36,028 bases of DNA from a virus (IMGVR_UViG_3300017747_003325:1-36028), one strand, 5' to 3'. Shown: positions 15,805 through 26,585, counted from the first letter of the stretch. Notes: a model not told the origin generated them from the sequence alone. Program-made: numbers and translations.

Positions 15805-16485
15805 ATGGCCTTCTCCGTGACGCTCTCGACGCTCACGTCTCGCGTCCGCACGCTCTCCGACACCGTGTACGCGCCGACGCCTACGGACGCGACGATCGAG
15901 GGCATGTTGAACAAGGCGCTTCGCGACCTCTACGCGAAGCTCTGCGAGGGCGCGGGCGAGTTCCTCTCCGAGAACGTGTCCCTCATCACGTCGGCGGGCG
16001 TCAGCGTCTACACGTTGCCGTCCGACTTCTGGCAGCTGCGCGGCGTGACGTGGGAGCGCGATGTGCAGTTCCACGCGCCGCTCTACCGCTTCGAGTCGCG
16101 CGACCGCGCGAAGCTCGCGGGGCGACAGTGGGGCTCGTGGGCGAAGTACCGGCTCGCTGACGTCGCGCTTGGCGGCGCACCGTCGATCGAGCTACTGCCC
16201 GCGCCGGACAGCGCGTACACGATCCGCGTGGACTACATCCCCGACCCGCCGACGATCTCGAGCACGATCCCGCTGACGTGCGCGCCCGGCATGGACGACT
16301 ACATCGTGCTGGACGCGGTGGGCGCCATCCTCGCGGCCGAAGAGACCGACGTGAGCGTCTGGGAGGCCAAGCGCGCCGAGGCGCTGCGAACGTGCATGCT
16401 CTCCGTGTCGCTGCGCGACGAGAACCGCAACGCGACGATCTCCGACGGTGACGCCGACGAGATCGGCTCGTGGGTGACGTGGTGA
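15805..16485 (+). CDS. Head-tail adaptor / tail tubular protein A-like
   Basis: YTLPSDF, IELLPAPD..Y.IRVDY.P motifs; position after the capsid genes. Confidence 0.7.
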   Translation: MAFSVTLSTLTSRVRTLSDTVYAPTPTDATIEGMLNKALRDLYAKLCEGAGEFLSENVSLITSAGVSVYTLPSDFWQLRGVTWERDVQFHAPLYRFESRDRAKLAGRQWGSWAKYRLADVALGGAPSIELLPAPDSAYTIRVDYIPDPPTISSTIPLTCAPGMDDYIVLDAVGAILAAEETDVSVWEAKRAEALRTCMLSVSLRDENRNATISDGDADEIGSWVTW

Positions 16486-16733
16486 GCGGCGTTGGACGCT
16501 ACACGCTCGAGGTGAGCGGTCGACCTGAGTTCGAAGGCCTCGAGGGCGCCGTGCAACGTCTGCTCGATCAGGTGCACACTGACGCGCGCACGAACGAAGC
16601 GGCGGCCTCCGGCGCGTCGGCGTTCGGCGGCTCGGGCTCCGTGTGGGCATCGCCGACGCCGACGACGACGCAGGACGCGATCACGCGCCTCGCGGCAGCC
16701 GTGAGCGGTCTTCTCGGAGGGCCGATCCCGTGA
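16482..16733 (+). CDS. Hypothetical virion protein (83 aa)
   Basis: GTGA coupling on both sides. Confidence 0.55.
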   Translation: MSGVGRYTLEVSGRPEFEGLEGAVQRLLDQVHTDARTNEAAASGASAFGGSGSVWASPTPTTTQDAITRLAAAVSGLLGGPIP

Positions 16734-19700
16734 CGCTCGAGCGACAGATCGTGAGCGTGCCGATCGGCGTCTCCATGAGCGAGGCCGAGGCGGCGCCGTA
16801 CGTCCAAGGCAACACGCTCTCGACGAACGTCCGCTTCGACAAGCGCGGGCGCGCATCGAAGCGGCGCCCAGCGTCCGAGATCGCGCAGGCCACGGAGATC
16901 GGCCTCGCAAACAACGTCCTCGACGTGTCCGGGATGCTGCACATGAACGGGCCAGGCGGCTCGATGCGCTTCGACCCGCAGGAGACGACGTTCGCGCGGC
17001 AGAACACCACCGAGCCGCGCACGAGCTCGGAGAAGATCACGCCGATCGTGCGCGGGCGCCTCATCGCGGCGAACCCTTCGATCGCGGTCGTGCAGAACAT
17101 CGCGTGCGTCGTGTGGACCGACGTGGACGAGCCGGTGTACCTGCGCAAGAACGGGCTGCCAGGCTTCGGCGTCACGAACGCTCAGGTCTGGTGCGCGTTC
17201 TACGACGTGTCCGGCGATCGGATCCGCGTCCTCTCGGGCCCCGCGCCGCTCACCGGCTACGTGCGAAGCGCGCACGTCGTCGGCCTCGAGACGGGCAACG
17301 CTGGACGATGCTTCATCGTGATCGGCGAGACGTCGCGCTCGGCGATGCGATGGGACCTCTACCAGCTGGCCGATGGCGACTACACCTTCGCGGGCGGCGC
17401 CGCGTTCGCCACGGGCCGCATCTCCAACGACACGCCTTACGACGTGTGCGGGACGCCCAACCACGCCGGCTACAGCGGCACCTTCCGCGCTTACGCCGTG
17501 TGGCCCACGTCGGCGGGGACGCAGATCCACTCAGTCGCCGCAGACGGCACCGTCACAGGCTACACGGTCACGACCGCGGGCCGCGACCGCGGTCTCGCGT
17601 GCTACCTCGAGCCTGTGACGGACACGCTCTACATCGGCCAACTCGACGGCGTGGTGTGGGGCATGGCGCCGAGCCTCTCCGGGGCCACGTCGGGCTACTC
17701 GACGACGGTCACGCTTCCGACGCCCGATCTCACGGTGCTCCGCGTCGCGCTCGGCTCGGCCGATGGGAGCGGCGGCGTGCTCGCGGCGTTCTCGGGCCGC
17801 TACCTCTTCGGGTACGGCTCCGCTACGCCGACGATCTGGGGCACCGTCACCGCAGCGATCCGCACGAGCACGGCAACGTCGTTCGTGCCCAACGTCGCCG
17901 TGATCGGGAAGCCGATCTTCTACGGCTCGGCGGGCCAGGACTACCGCGCGCTCTTGCCCGTGCAGGGCTTTGCATCGAGGCGTGGCTTCTTGCTCTCGTT
18001 CGATGACATCTCCGACTCTCTCGCGACAACGTGGACCGCGGCGCCGCACGCGGCGTTCAGCGACGCGTTGTGGTGCGAGTCGAACACGCTGAACGGATCG
18101 GACGATCCGCTGGACGGGCCGATCTCCAACTGGACGATCCCGATCGTCGCCGACAGTGACGGCGACCTCCACTTCGCGTACCCCGTCGTCACGTCGATCG
18201 ACATCAACAACCCGGACGGCCCTGCGCAGCAGATCACGGGGCTACAGCTGGACCACGCGCGCATCCGCACCGCGCAGCACGCGCCGTGTCGCGCGACGAA
18301 GGCATCCGACCTCACGATCTGGGCGAGCGGCTCCGGCGCCGTGTGCGCGGACACGCAGCTGACGACCGAGCTCACTCCGCAGCGCCCCGATCGGCCGTGG
18401 AACACGGGCAAGGCAGGCGACGCGATCAGCGCCATCGTCAACACGAACAACACGTTGACGTTCTACCTCAGCGTGATCTGGGGATGGGTCGACATGCAGG
18501 GGCGCGAGCATCGCAGCGCCGAGAGCGAGCAGCTCGGCACGATCCTCACTGGCGGGATCGGCGTCAACAGCGGCGCCGACTGGATCCCGTTCCTCTTCGC
18601 GTGCCCGATCCCGATGCCGCTCGCGCTCTACGGATCCGACGTGCGCTCGTACTACATCGACGTGATCCAGTCGCAGGGCGACGACGCGAGCGATCGACGC
18701 GTGGTGGCTCGCATCTGGAACCCCGACATCGACAACGACTTTCCCGATTCTGTCGTGTTCCAGATGCCGCAGGCGAACACGACGAGCGCGCTCTACCCGC
18801 GATCGATCGCCTACTTCGTGCGCGACTTCACCGCGACCACCATCGCGTACCCGGAGCCGTACACGGTCGACGAGCTCGAAGCTGTCGCGCCTGGCGGGCT
18901 CGTGGACATCGTGAGCACTCAACAGCGGCTGTGGGCGCTCTCGAGCGAAGCGCGTTTCTCCGTGCTCTGCACCAAGCCGATCACGGCGAGCATCGCGCCC
19001 GAGTTCGCCGACGAGCTCTCGATCGACGTGCCGCAGGAGGGCGGCGATCTCGTAGGCCTCGCGGCGCTCGACGACAAGGTCATCGTCTTCAAGCAGTCGC
19101 GGATCTACATCATCGTTGGCGACCCCGGCGACGCAGCGGGCAACCGCTCGAGCATTCAACGCGCGCGCTTGCTCTCGTCCGACGTCGGCGCGACGAACGC
19201 CGCGGGCATCGTCGAGGGTCCTTTCGGCGTGGCGTTCCAGTCGCTTCGCGGGCCGATGCTGCTGACGCGCGGCCTCGAGCTCCGGCCCATCGGCGAGAAG
19301 GTCAAGGATCTGTCCACGGGCTATCACGCCGTGGGCTCGCTCGTGCCCGGTGAGCAGGAGGTGCGGTGGTACCTCTACACCGACGCCGACGGCGAGCGAT
19401 GGGCGACGACGAGCACGGCCGTCGTGTGGCAGTACGAGCGAGACGAGTTCGCGTCGTGGACCGACACGCTCGCGTCGGCCGAGGTCGTGAGCGGCGAGAC
19501 GATCTCGCAGGCCGTCGCGCCGTTCTCGCTCTACCAGGAGACGATCGCGCCAGACTGGACCACGGCCGGGTACAACAACGGCGTGACCACGCCGTGGGTC
19601 TCGCTCGGACAGGTCGAGGGGTACGTGCGCGCGTGGCGCGCGACGCTCATGGGCTACTGGTTCAGCGGTCACGTCAACGTGTTCGTCTGCTACGACTACG

Positions 19701-19966
19701 ACGACGCGATCGCGGAGACGCACACCTTCCTCGAGAGCGTGTGCTCGACGCTCGACGCGGCGAACGGACGGATCGAACTCAGCATCCGGCCCAACCGTCA
19801 GAAGTGCAGCGCGATCCGGCTCCAGATCCAAGGCCAGGCGGTGCCCGGCCAGGACCCGCCGTACCCCACGGTGGGCGAAGGGCTCGCGCTCGTGAGCGTG
19901 GACCTCGAGATCGGCGTAAAGAGCGGCACGGCGCGGCGTAGACTCGCCGCGGAGGCGAAGCGATGA
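16730..19966 (+). CDS. Tail nozzle / DNA stabilisation protein (P22 gp10 / tubular protein B-like)
   Basis: About 1078 aa, beta-propeller-like; GLAALDDKVIVFKQSRIY, SDVGA, FQSLRG and PIGEKV segments. Confidence 0.7.
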   Translation: MTLERQIVSVPIGVSMSEAEAAPYVQGNTLSTNVRFDKRGRASKRRPASEIAQATEIGLANNVLDVSGMLHMNGPGGSMRFDPQETTFARQNTTEPRTSSEKITPIVRGRLIAANPSIAVVQNIACVVWTDVDEPVYLRKNGLPGFGVTNAQVWCAFYDVSGDRIRVLSGPAPLTGYVRSAHVVGLETGNAGRCFIVIGETSRSAMRWDLYQLADGDYTFAGGAAFATGRISNDTPYDVCGTPNHAGYSGTFRAYAVWPTSAGTQIHSVAADGTVTGYTVTTAGRDRGLACYLEPVTDTLYIGQLDGVVWGMAPSLSGATSGYSTTVTLPTPDLTVLRVALGSADGSGGVLAAFSGRYLFGYGSATPTIWGTVTAAIRTSTATSFVPNVAVIGKPIFYGSAGQDYRALLPVQGFASRRGFLLSFDDISDSLATTWTAAPHAAFSDALWCESNTLNGSDDPLDGPISNWTIPIVADSDGDLHFAYPVVTSIDINNPDGPAQQITGLQLDHARIRTAQHAPCRATKASDLTIWASGSGAVCADTQLTTELTPQRPDRPWNTGKAGDAISAIVNTNNTLTFYLSVIWGWVDMQGREHRSAESEQLGTILTGGIGVNSGADWIPFLFACPIPMPLALYGSDVRSYYIDVIQSQGDDASDRRVVARIWNPDIDNDFPDSVVFQMPQANTTSALYPRSIAYFVRDFTATTIAYPEPYTVDELEAVAPGGLVDIVSTQQRLWALSSEARFSVLCTKPITASIAPEFADELSIDVPQEGGDLVGLAALDDKVIVFKQSRIYIIVGDPGDAAGNRSSIQRARLLSSDVGATNAAGIVEGPFGVAFQSLRGPMLLTRGLELRPIGEKVKDLSTGYHAVGSLVPGEQEVRWYLYTDADGERWATTSTAVVWQYERDEFASWTDTLASAEVVSGETISQAVAPFSLYQETIAPDWTTAGYNNGVTTPWVSLGQVEGYVRAWRATLMGYWFSGHVNVFVCYDYDDAIAETHTFLESVCSTLDAANGRIELSIRPNRQKCSAIRLQIQGQAVPGQDPPYPTVGEGLALVSVDLEIGVKSGTARRRLAAEAKR

Positions 19967-20727
19967 CCCAGAACTACTACAACCCCGCGGTCGCGATCGG
20001 CACCTCCGGACAGGACGCGCTCCGCTACGGCGCGTACCAGAACGTGGCGAACGCGGCGCGCGATCAGCAGCGGCAGGGCCTCGGTTCCGCGCGCCGCGAC
20101 ATGGCGCAGCAGATCGCGGGCATGACGAGCCAGGGCGCGAACCCCTTCGGCGCCGCGCGTGCCGCGGGCCGCGCGTACGAGCAGCAGGCCGGCCAGATCC
20201 GCGCGCAGGCGTCACAGCAGATGGCCGACGCGGCCGCGATGGAGGCGCAGCGCCGCGAGCAGGAGATGCTGCGCAAGCAGCAGGAGGCGCGGCAGCTGAT
20301 CGGCGGCGGACTCTCGACGGCGGGCGCGGTGCTCGGGACCGTCATCGGCGGACCGCTCGGATCGCAGATCGGAGGGGGGATCGGCGGCGCGGTGGGCGGT
20401 GGCCTGACGGGCATGGGCTCCGGCCCTGGCCCCGCCCGCGCCGCGGCTGGGCAACAGACGGCAAAGCCTCAGATGGGCATGGCACCTGCGAACGTGTTTG
20501 GCGGCGGAGCACCTCAGGGCCAGACGGCAAAGCCTCAGATGGGCGCTCCGGGTGGCGCACCGCAGTCGCAGCAGCCACCGCAGCAGTCGCAGCAGCCACC
20601 GCAGGGCGGCGGTGGCGGTATGCTGGGGGGCACCCTTGGAGGCGGAGGCGGAGGCGGAGGCGGAGGTATGCTCGGCGGGTTCGCGAACATGCTGAACCCG
20701 TTCTCGCTGCTCGGCGGGGGCCGCTGA
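19963..20727 (+). CDS. Putative internal virion/ejection protein
   Basis: Gln/Ala helical region plus a glycine-zipper hydrophobic segment; follows the nozzle gene. Confidence 0.6.
   Translation: MTQNYYNPAVAIGTSGQDALRYGAYQNVANAARDQQRQGLGSARRDMAQQIAGMTSQGANPFGAARAAGRAYEQQAGQIRAQASQQMADAAAMEAQRREQEMLRKQQEARQLIGGGLSTAGAVLGTVIGGPLGSQIGGGIGGAVGGGLTGMGSGPGPARAAAGQQTAKPQMGMAPANVFGGGAPQGQTAKPQMGAPGGAPQSQQPPQQSQQPPQGGGGGMLGGTLGGGGGGGGGGMLGGFANMLNPFSLLGGGR
20455..20544 (+). repeat. 24-bp perfect intragenic repeat (QTAKPQMG x2)
   Basis: cagacggcaaagcctcagatgggc at 20455-20478 and 20521-20544. Confidence 0.9.
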
Positions 20728-20728
20728 C

Positions 20729-22591
20729 ATGCCGCCGCCGATCCGCTTCCCGTCGCGGCTGGCCGAGCCGACGCCGCAGATCGTCGCCGCGTTCGCGCCC
20801 GACCCGACGACGTACGCGCAGCCGGCGCCCGGCTTCTCGCAGCCGATCCCGTCCGAACCGCTCGGCTTCGACGTGACCAGTCCGCTCGCGATGGACATCG
20901 GCGGCAACGCGCCGCCCGCGCTCGATCCGGCGCGCACGCCCGCGTTCCTCCGCGGCCCGCTCTCGCTCGTGCCGCGCGCGCCCGCAGCGCCAGCGGCGGC
21001 GCCTGGCAGCTACGCCGACGAGCCGATGCTCGCCCACGGCGACACGGGCGGCCAGATGACGAGGTCGGACCCGTTCGCGATCCCGGAGATGCCCTCGAAC
21101 CTCGTGGATCCCACGTTCACGCCGAGCGCGCCGCAGTACGGCGCCACGCTGCGCGAGCACGCGCGCGTCGCGACCACGCGCCCTCGGCTGCTCGGCGGCC
21201 GCTCGCTCGCAGCGCCCACGACGCCGCAGGCGCCGGAGCCAGACTTCATCGATCAGATGATCGCGCGTCCGGGTTCGATCTGGCAGGAGCCGCGGGAGAC
21301 CGCGTACGACCGCGAGCGCCGCGCCATCGGTGAGGCCGTGGGCCTCGAGGTGCAGGGACAGGAGATGCTCGCGCGGCAGGCCATGGAGCGCGCCGACGCC
21401 GAAGAGGCCTACCGCGCGCAGCAGGCCGCGCACGAGAACGAGCGCCGTCAGGTCGAGGGCGAGGCTCGCGCGTCGATCGTGCGCGCCGCGGACCGCCTCG
21501 CGCAGATGCGCGTGGACCCCGGCCGCTACTACCGCAACGCGGGCGTGGTCGGCATGCTCGGCAACGCGATCGCGGTCGGCCTCGGCGCGATGGGGGAGGC
21601 GCTCGGGGGCGGGCCGAACGTGGCCTTGCAGCAGATCAACGCGGCGATCGATCGCGACATCGCATCGCAGGAGCAGGACATCGCGACGGCGAGCGAAGAC
21701 GTCTCGAACCGGCGCGGCATCCTCGGCGACGTGCAACGCGAGATGACCACGCGCCAGGGCGCGATCGAGGCGACGAGGGCGATCATGTTCCGCGAGCTCG
21801 CGGCGCAGGCCGAAGCGCAGTCCGCAGGCCAGGGAAGCGCAGAGGCGCAGGCGGCCGGGCGTCGTCTGCGCGATGCTCTGCTCACGCAGCAGGAGCAGGC
21901 CCAGGCCGCGGCCGAGCGCGCGGAGATCGAGGGCATGCTCGAGCTCCGGCAGACCGTCGCGCGCATCCGGCGCGACGAGGCGCGCGCGGCGCAAGAAGAG
22001 ATCCGCGCAGGTCGCATGGCCGCGGCGGGCATGGGCGGCGGCGCCGCGCGGCAGGAGACCGCCACGTCCGCGCAGTGGGCAGCGTTCCGCGATGGCATGG
22101 CGAATGGACTGCCACGCGACCTCGCTGCGCAGTCGGCCGGCATCCCAGAGCACCTTTGGCCGTCGCTCACCGGCTCGCCTGTCACGACCGAGCAGCGCAG
22201 CGCGCTCGACGCGATGGACGCAGGCCTTCGCATCATCGAGCAGGGCATCGAGGAGAGCCGCGTGTCGGGAGACATCGAGGGCGTTGGACTGCTGGACAGC
22301 AACCTCCCGGCCTTCCTCCAGAGCGATCAGGGCCTGCGCATGCGGATCGCGATCAACAACATGATCGACTTGCTCGGCCGGCTCCGATCCGGCGCGGCGA
22401 TCTCCGAGGACGAAGAGCGTCGGTTCAGCCGGCTGATCGAGGGCGGCGGCACGGAGCGCGAGTTGAGGGCCGGCATCGCGCAGATCCGCACGGAGCTCGC
22501 CGCGCGCCTCGGACTCGGCGGTCGCCGGCAGTCGGGCGCTGGCGCCGCGGATGAGGCGCTCGCCGCGACGGGCGTGCGGCAGGTGGAGTAG
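20729..22591 (+). CDS. Putative internal virion/DNA transfer protein
   Basis: 620 aa; Pro-rich N-terminus, coiled coils, C-terminal LRSGAAISEDE segment. Confidence 0.6.
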   Translation: MPPPIRFPSRLAEPTPQIVAAFAPDPTTYAQPAPGFSQPIPSEPLGFDVTSPLAMDIGGNAPPALDPARTPAFLRGPLSLVPRAPAAPAAAPGSYADEPMLAHGDTGGQMTRSDPFAIPEMPSNLVDPTFTPSAPQYGATLREHARVATTRPRLLGGRSLAAPTTPQAPEPDFIDQMIARPGSIWQEPRETAYDRERRAIGEAVGLEVQGQEMLARQAMERADAEEAYRAQQAAHENERRQVEGEARASIVRAADRLAQMRVDPGRYYRNAGVVGMLGNAIAVGLGAMGEALGGGPNVALQQINAAIDRDIASQEQDIATASEDVSNRRGILGDVQREMTTRQGAIEATRAIMFRELAAQAEAQSAGQGSAEAQAAGRRLRDALLTQQEQAQAAAERAEIEGMLELRQTVARIRRDEARAAQEEIRAGRMAAAGMGGGAARQETATSAQWAAFRDGMANGLPRDLAAQSAGIPEHLWPSLTGSPVTTEQRSALDAMDAGLRIIEQGIEESRVSGDIEGVGLLDSNLPAFLQSDQGLRMRIAINNMIDLLGRLRSGAAISEDEERRFSRLIEGGGTERELRAGIAQIRTELAARLGLGGRRQSGAGAADEALAATGVRQVE

Positions 22592-25449
22592 TGCAGGACT
22601 TCGCCGCACCCGCGACGAGCACGACGGCGCCGCCCGCCACGGCGCCGCTGCGCGTCGTTGCGCGTGACGGCCGGGTGTTCGAGGCCGACGAGCAGCAGGC
22701 CGCGCAGTTGCTCTCGCAGCGCGATCCGGGCACGGGCGCTGCGCTCTTCACGCTCGACACGCCCGAGGCGGCAGCGCAGCGCGAGCGACTGCGCACGTAC
22801 GGCGGCGTGGGCGGACAGATCGCGGCGGGCGCAGCTGGCGTCGCGCGCGGCGGCACGATGGGCCTCTCGGATCTTGCGGCCGAGGGCGTCGATGCTCTCG
22901 CGGGGACCGACATCACGGCCGACCTCCAGGCGCTGCGCGAGGTCAACCCGAACGCCACGATGGTCGGCGAGCTCGGCGGCGCGCTCGCCCCGCTCTTCCT
23001 CTCGGGCGGCGGCTCCGCGGCGGCGCGCGTCGGCGCGGAGGGCCTCGCGCTCGCGGGCGAGTCACGGGCGGGCTCGAGCATCCTCGGGACGCTGCTGAGG
23101 GCCGGCACGGCGCCCGCGCGCGGCGTCGAGGGCCTGGCAACGCTCGCGGAGGGCGGCGTGCTCCGCGCGCTTGGCACGGAGGCAAGCGAGAGCCTGCTCG
23201 CGCGCGCGCTGGGGCGTGCGGCCTCGACGGGCGCGGGCGGCGCGATCGAGGGCGCGGCCATGGGGCTGCAGCAGTCGATCACAGATCAGGCGCTCCTTGA
23301 CGAGCCGCTGACGGCGCAGCAGCTGCTCGCGAACATCGGCGTGAACGCCCTCCTCGGCGGCGCGGCGGGCGGCGTGCTCGGCGGCGGCCTCTCGGTCGCG
23401 GGTAGCGGCATGCGCGGCGCGCGCGACGTCGTGGGCCGGGCGTTCCGCGAGGCGACGGGCCTCGACCTTCGGCGCGGCGTCGCAGACGCGTGGGGCGCCG
23501 TGGCGCGCGGCGTGGGCGAGGGATCATCGTTCGCGACGGGCGCAGAGTCGCGCGTCGTGCGTGAGGCGCTCGGGCCGGACGGTGCCGAGGTTCGCGCGCT
23601 GCTCGCTCGCGGCGATGACGTCTACGAGGAGGCGACGCGCGAGCTCATGCCGATGCTTGACGAGGTGGAGCGAGGGTACCGCCACGCGGCCGACTCGTGG
23701 TCGAGCGGCATGAAGCCGCAGCAGATCCGGCGCATCATCTCGAGCGAGAACCTCAACGCGCAGATCGACGCGTCAACACGGCTCGTGGAGAGCGCGCGGC
23801 GCATGGCGCAAGACGTGATCTCGGAGACCACGAGCGGCGCCACGTTCGAGGCGGCTGGAGTCGGCGCGCGGGCTCGCGATCTGCTCAAGAACGTTCAGGC
23901 CGCGCAGGACATACTCGCTCGCACACCGATGCGCGCGGACGCGCTCGACGTGTCCACGGACCTGTTCAGCGCGCTCGACAACCTCAAGCGCGGGATGGGC
24001 AGCATCCAGCGGCGCGTTGAGGCCGTCGATCGTGGCTCGTCGTTCCTCGCGCGTCTTCGCGGCGAAGAGGGCTACGAAGGGATCCGGCGCACGCTCGAGG
24101 ATGAGTCGCTGTGGGGCGCGGGCGCCGCGGGCGCGCAGCGCGAGGTCAACGCCGCTTACACGCGGTTTCTTGAGCAGCGGCGTCGGTACGTGCGCGACTT
24201 CCTCGGGCACGGAGAGCGCGACGTCGTGGATCCGTTTCGCGAGCTTCCGCAGACCGACTCGGCGCACATCGACTCGTTCGTGCGCTCGACGGGCGCCGCG
24301 AGGAACGACACGCGTGCGCAGGTCTACCGTCAGACGCTCGAGGCGCAGGCTGACCTCATGGGCACGATGCGGCGGCACCTCGACCTCGGCGCGGCGGACG
24401 CTGGCGCGAAGGAGGCGGCGACGCAGGCACGACGCGCGCTCGACTCGTTCGACGCCCTCGAGGAGCGCGTGGCCCGCGTGAACCAGCTGCGCGCGCTCGA
24501 GCAAGGGACGGGCGTCGAGCGCGCTCTCGTCGCGCAGGGCGCGGGCTACGTGCTCGGGGGCCCGCTCGGCGCGGCGCTCGCGACGGCGCTTGCCTCGCCG
24601 ACCGTGCTTGCTCGCGGCATCGGTGCGATCGAGCGCGCAGCGGCGCGCGTGACAACGCGCATCGACCGCGGGGCGTCCTCGTTCGTGACGCGTGCTCTCG
24701 AGGCCGCACGGCGCGGAGCATCGAGGGCGCAGCGCGTCGCGAGCGTGTCGGGCCGGCGCCTCGTCGTGCGCGGCAGCGTCGCCGACTTCGGGGAAGAGGT
24801 GCAGCGCGTGATCGACGCGGCAGCACGGCCCGAAGAGACGCAACGGCGCATCGAGGAATCGACCGCGGAGATCGGACGCGTCGCGCCAGGCGTCCAGGTG
24901 CAGCTGCAGCAGCAGGCCACGGCGTCGATCGCGTTCCTCGCGGCGCGCGTCCCGCCGAACGCGCGCCCCGTGGATCCGCTCTTCCCCGGACTCACGCGGC
25001 GGCGCGACGCGTCGAACCCGGAGCGCGCGCGCTTCCTTCGCTTCGCGCGCGCGGTCAACGATCCGCTGTCGGTCATTGACGATCTCGAGGCCGGCGCGAT
25101 GCCCGTCGAGAGCGTCGAGGTTCTGCGCGAGCTCTTCCCGCTGCTCCACCGGCAGCTGGGCAACGCGCTCGTTGCGGAGATCACGCGCCGCATGCGCTCG
25201 GGCGATGACATCCCGTTCACGTTCCGGCGCGACCTCGGATCGCTGCTCGGCGCGGCGACTGACCCGATCTTCAGGCCGGATGCGATTCGCGCCTACCAGG
25301 CGGGCGCGCTAGCATCGGCGCAGCAGGCCGAGGCCATGGAGGCACGGCAGTTCGCACCGACGCAGGACGGCGATCTCTCGGCGCTATCGAGGAGCGTCGA
25401 CAACGCGATGACGGCCACCGCTCGCCGTGAGCAGCGGCGAGGAGGATAG
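22591..25449 (+). CDS. Large putative internal virion/ejection protein
   Basis: 952 aa, Ala/Gly-rich helical with GxxxG hydrophobic segments; third of three consecutive ejection-like genes. Confidence 0.6.
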   Translation: MQDFAAPATSTTAPPATAPLRVVARDGRVFEADEQQAAQLLSQRDPGTGAALFTLDTPEAAAQRERLRTYGGVGGQIAAGAAGVARGGTMGLSDLAAEGVDALAGTDITADLQALREVNPNATMVGELGGALAPLFLSGGGSAAARVGAEGLALAGESRAGSSILGTLLRAGTAPARGVEGLATLAEGGVLRALGTEASESLLARALGRAASTGAGGAIEGAAMGLQQSITDQALLDEPLTAQQLLANIGVNALLGGAAGGVLGGGLSVAGSGMRGARDVVGRAFREATGLDLRRGVADAWGAVARGVGEGSSFATGAESRVVREALGPDGAEVRALLARGDDVYEEATRELMPMLDEVERGYRHAADSWSSGMKPQQIRRIISSENLNAQIDASTRLVESARRMAQDVISETTSGATFEAAGVGARARDLLKNVQAAQDILARTPMRADALDVSTDLFSALDNLKRGMGSIQRRVEAVDRGSSFLARLRGEEGYEGIRRTLEDESLWGAGAAGAQREVNAAYTRFLEQRRRYVRDFLGHGERDVVDPFRELPQTDSAHIDSFVRSTGAARNDTRAQVYRQTLEAQADLMGTMRRHLDLGAADAGAKEAATQARRALDSFDALEERVARVNQLRALEQGTGVERALVAQGAGYVLGGPLGAALATALASPTVLARGIGAIERAAARVTTRIDRGASSFVTRALEAARRGASRAQRVASVSGRRLVVRGSVADFGEEVQRVIDAAARPEETQRRIEESTAEIGRVAPGVQVQLQQQATASIAFLAARVPPNARPVDPLFPGLTRRRDASNPERARFLRFARAVNDPLSVIDDLEAGAMPVESVEVLRELFPLLHRQLGNALVAEITRRMRSGDDIPFTFRRDLGSLLGAATDPIFRPDAIRAYQAGALASAQQAEAMEARQFAPTQDGDLSALSRSVDNAMTATARREQRRGG

Positions 25450-25454
25450 AAACC

Positions 25455-25847
25455 ATGGGTGCGATCCGAGCGGCGACGAAGAACCTCAAGACATCGATCG
25501 GCGGCGCGGGCTGCGGCGGCATCGGCACGGTGCAGCAAGCTGGCGTGACGACGGCCGGCGTCGCGTTCAACCTCACCGCGTGGGCGGGCCGCGAGGTCCT
25601 CATCCGCGTCAACATCGAAGTGCCCTATCGATGGGCCGTGTCGGGTTCGGTCACGAGCATCGACACGACGACGACATCGGCAACGGCTGGATCCCCCGTC
25701 GCGACGGGCGGCGGATGGCTTTTCCCAAGTATGCCGAACTTCCGCGACGTGCCCTTCTGCGACGAGCCGGCGAACAACGAAGGCGTGTTCCTGATCGTCG
25801 ATCCGACGGGTGGCACAGTGGACGTCTACATCGAGCTCGTGGGCTGA
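25455..25847 (+). CDS. Hypothetical structural protein (130 aa)
   Basis: GGAGG RBS, beta-rich composition. Confidence 0.65.
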   Translation: MGAIRAATKNLKTSIGGAGCGGIGTVQQAGVTTAGVAFNLTAWAGREVLIRVNIEVPYRWAVSGSVTSIDTTTTSATAGSPVATGGGWLFPSMPNFRDVPFCDEPANNEGVFLIVDPTGGTVDVYIELVG

Positions 25848-25850
25848 TCG

Positions 25851-26585
25851 ATGCAGCGCCGAGCACCAGAGCGCCGCGCCGCGATGATGAGCGGCGGACT
25901 ACTGACACCGCTCGACGTCTTTGGGCGATCGCTGATCTTCTGGCTTCCGTGGACCGCGCGCACGATGGGCTCTGGCTCCGAGGTCGCATCCATCATCGAT
26001 CGATCGCTGAACGGCAACACGGTCACGCAGGTGACCGCGCTGCAGCGGCCACTGCTCGCGAACGGGATCCACTTCGACGGCACCGACGACAACCTCTTCG
26101 CGGCGTCGAACGCGAGCCTCAACAGCGGCGCCGTCCTCGTCGTCGCGCTTCACGCGAGGCCACACGTCACCACGAGCAACCGTGTCCCGATCTGTCGCTC
26201 GCAGAGCACCTCGGGCTCGTGGTCGATGCAGACGAACACGACCGGGCTCCGCTTCCACGTCGGCACGCCCGGAACCAACTTCGGCGAGGTCTCGAGCGCG
26301 CTCGTCGTGAACAGCGAGCGCACCTACATCTGGGCGTTCGACGGCGGCGGCGCGACGAACGCGGATCGGCTCAAGTGCTGGATCAACGGCACCGCGCAGA
26401 CCGTGAACTTCACCGGCACGATCCCCGCGACGATCCCCGCGTCGAGCAACACGCTCTCCATGGGATGCTTCTCGGGGCCGTCGGGCCAGTACTGGGACGG
26501 AACGATCAAGTGCGCGCTCGCCGCCAACTCAACGCTCTCTGACGCGCAGCGCGCCGCGATCGAGCGCTACTTCGGGTCTCTGTGA
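25851..26585 (+). CDS. LamG/concanavalin-like domain virion protein
   Basis: DRSLNGN..Q...RP, FDGTDD, WINGT and LSDAQRAAIERY patterns. Confidence 0.7.
   Translation: MQRRAPERRAAMMSGGLLTPLDVFGRSLIFWLPWTARTMGSGSEVASIIDRSLNGNTVTQVTALQRPLLANGIHFDGTDDNLFAASNASLNSGAVLVVALHARPHVTTSNRVPICRSQSTSGSWSMQTNTTGLRFHVGTPGTNFGEVSSALVVNSERTYIWAFDGGGATNADRLKCWINGTAQTVNFTGTIPATIPASSNTLSMGCFSGPSGQYWDGTIKCALAANSTLSDAQRAAIERYFGSL

Noticed and set aside
3077-25220. Many long antisense or alternate-frame ORFs (e.g. 3077-4810, 13764-15389, 18242-20215, 20342-22609 on the minus strand)
   Set aside because: Expected shadows of GC-rich coding strands: Arg/Ala-rich, no motifs, no RBS, and they overlap well-supported genes. 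Only 1395-1850 carries a recognisable motif.
19963-25449. Tape measure protein / long-tail module
   Set aside because: No tail tube, sheath or chaperone frameshift recognised; the adaptor-nozzle-three-helical-proteins order fits podovirus ejection proteins better.
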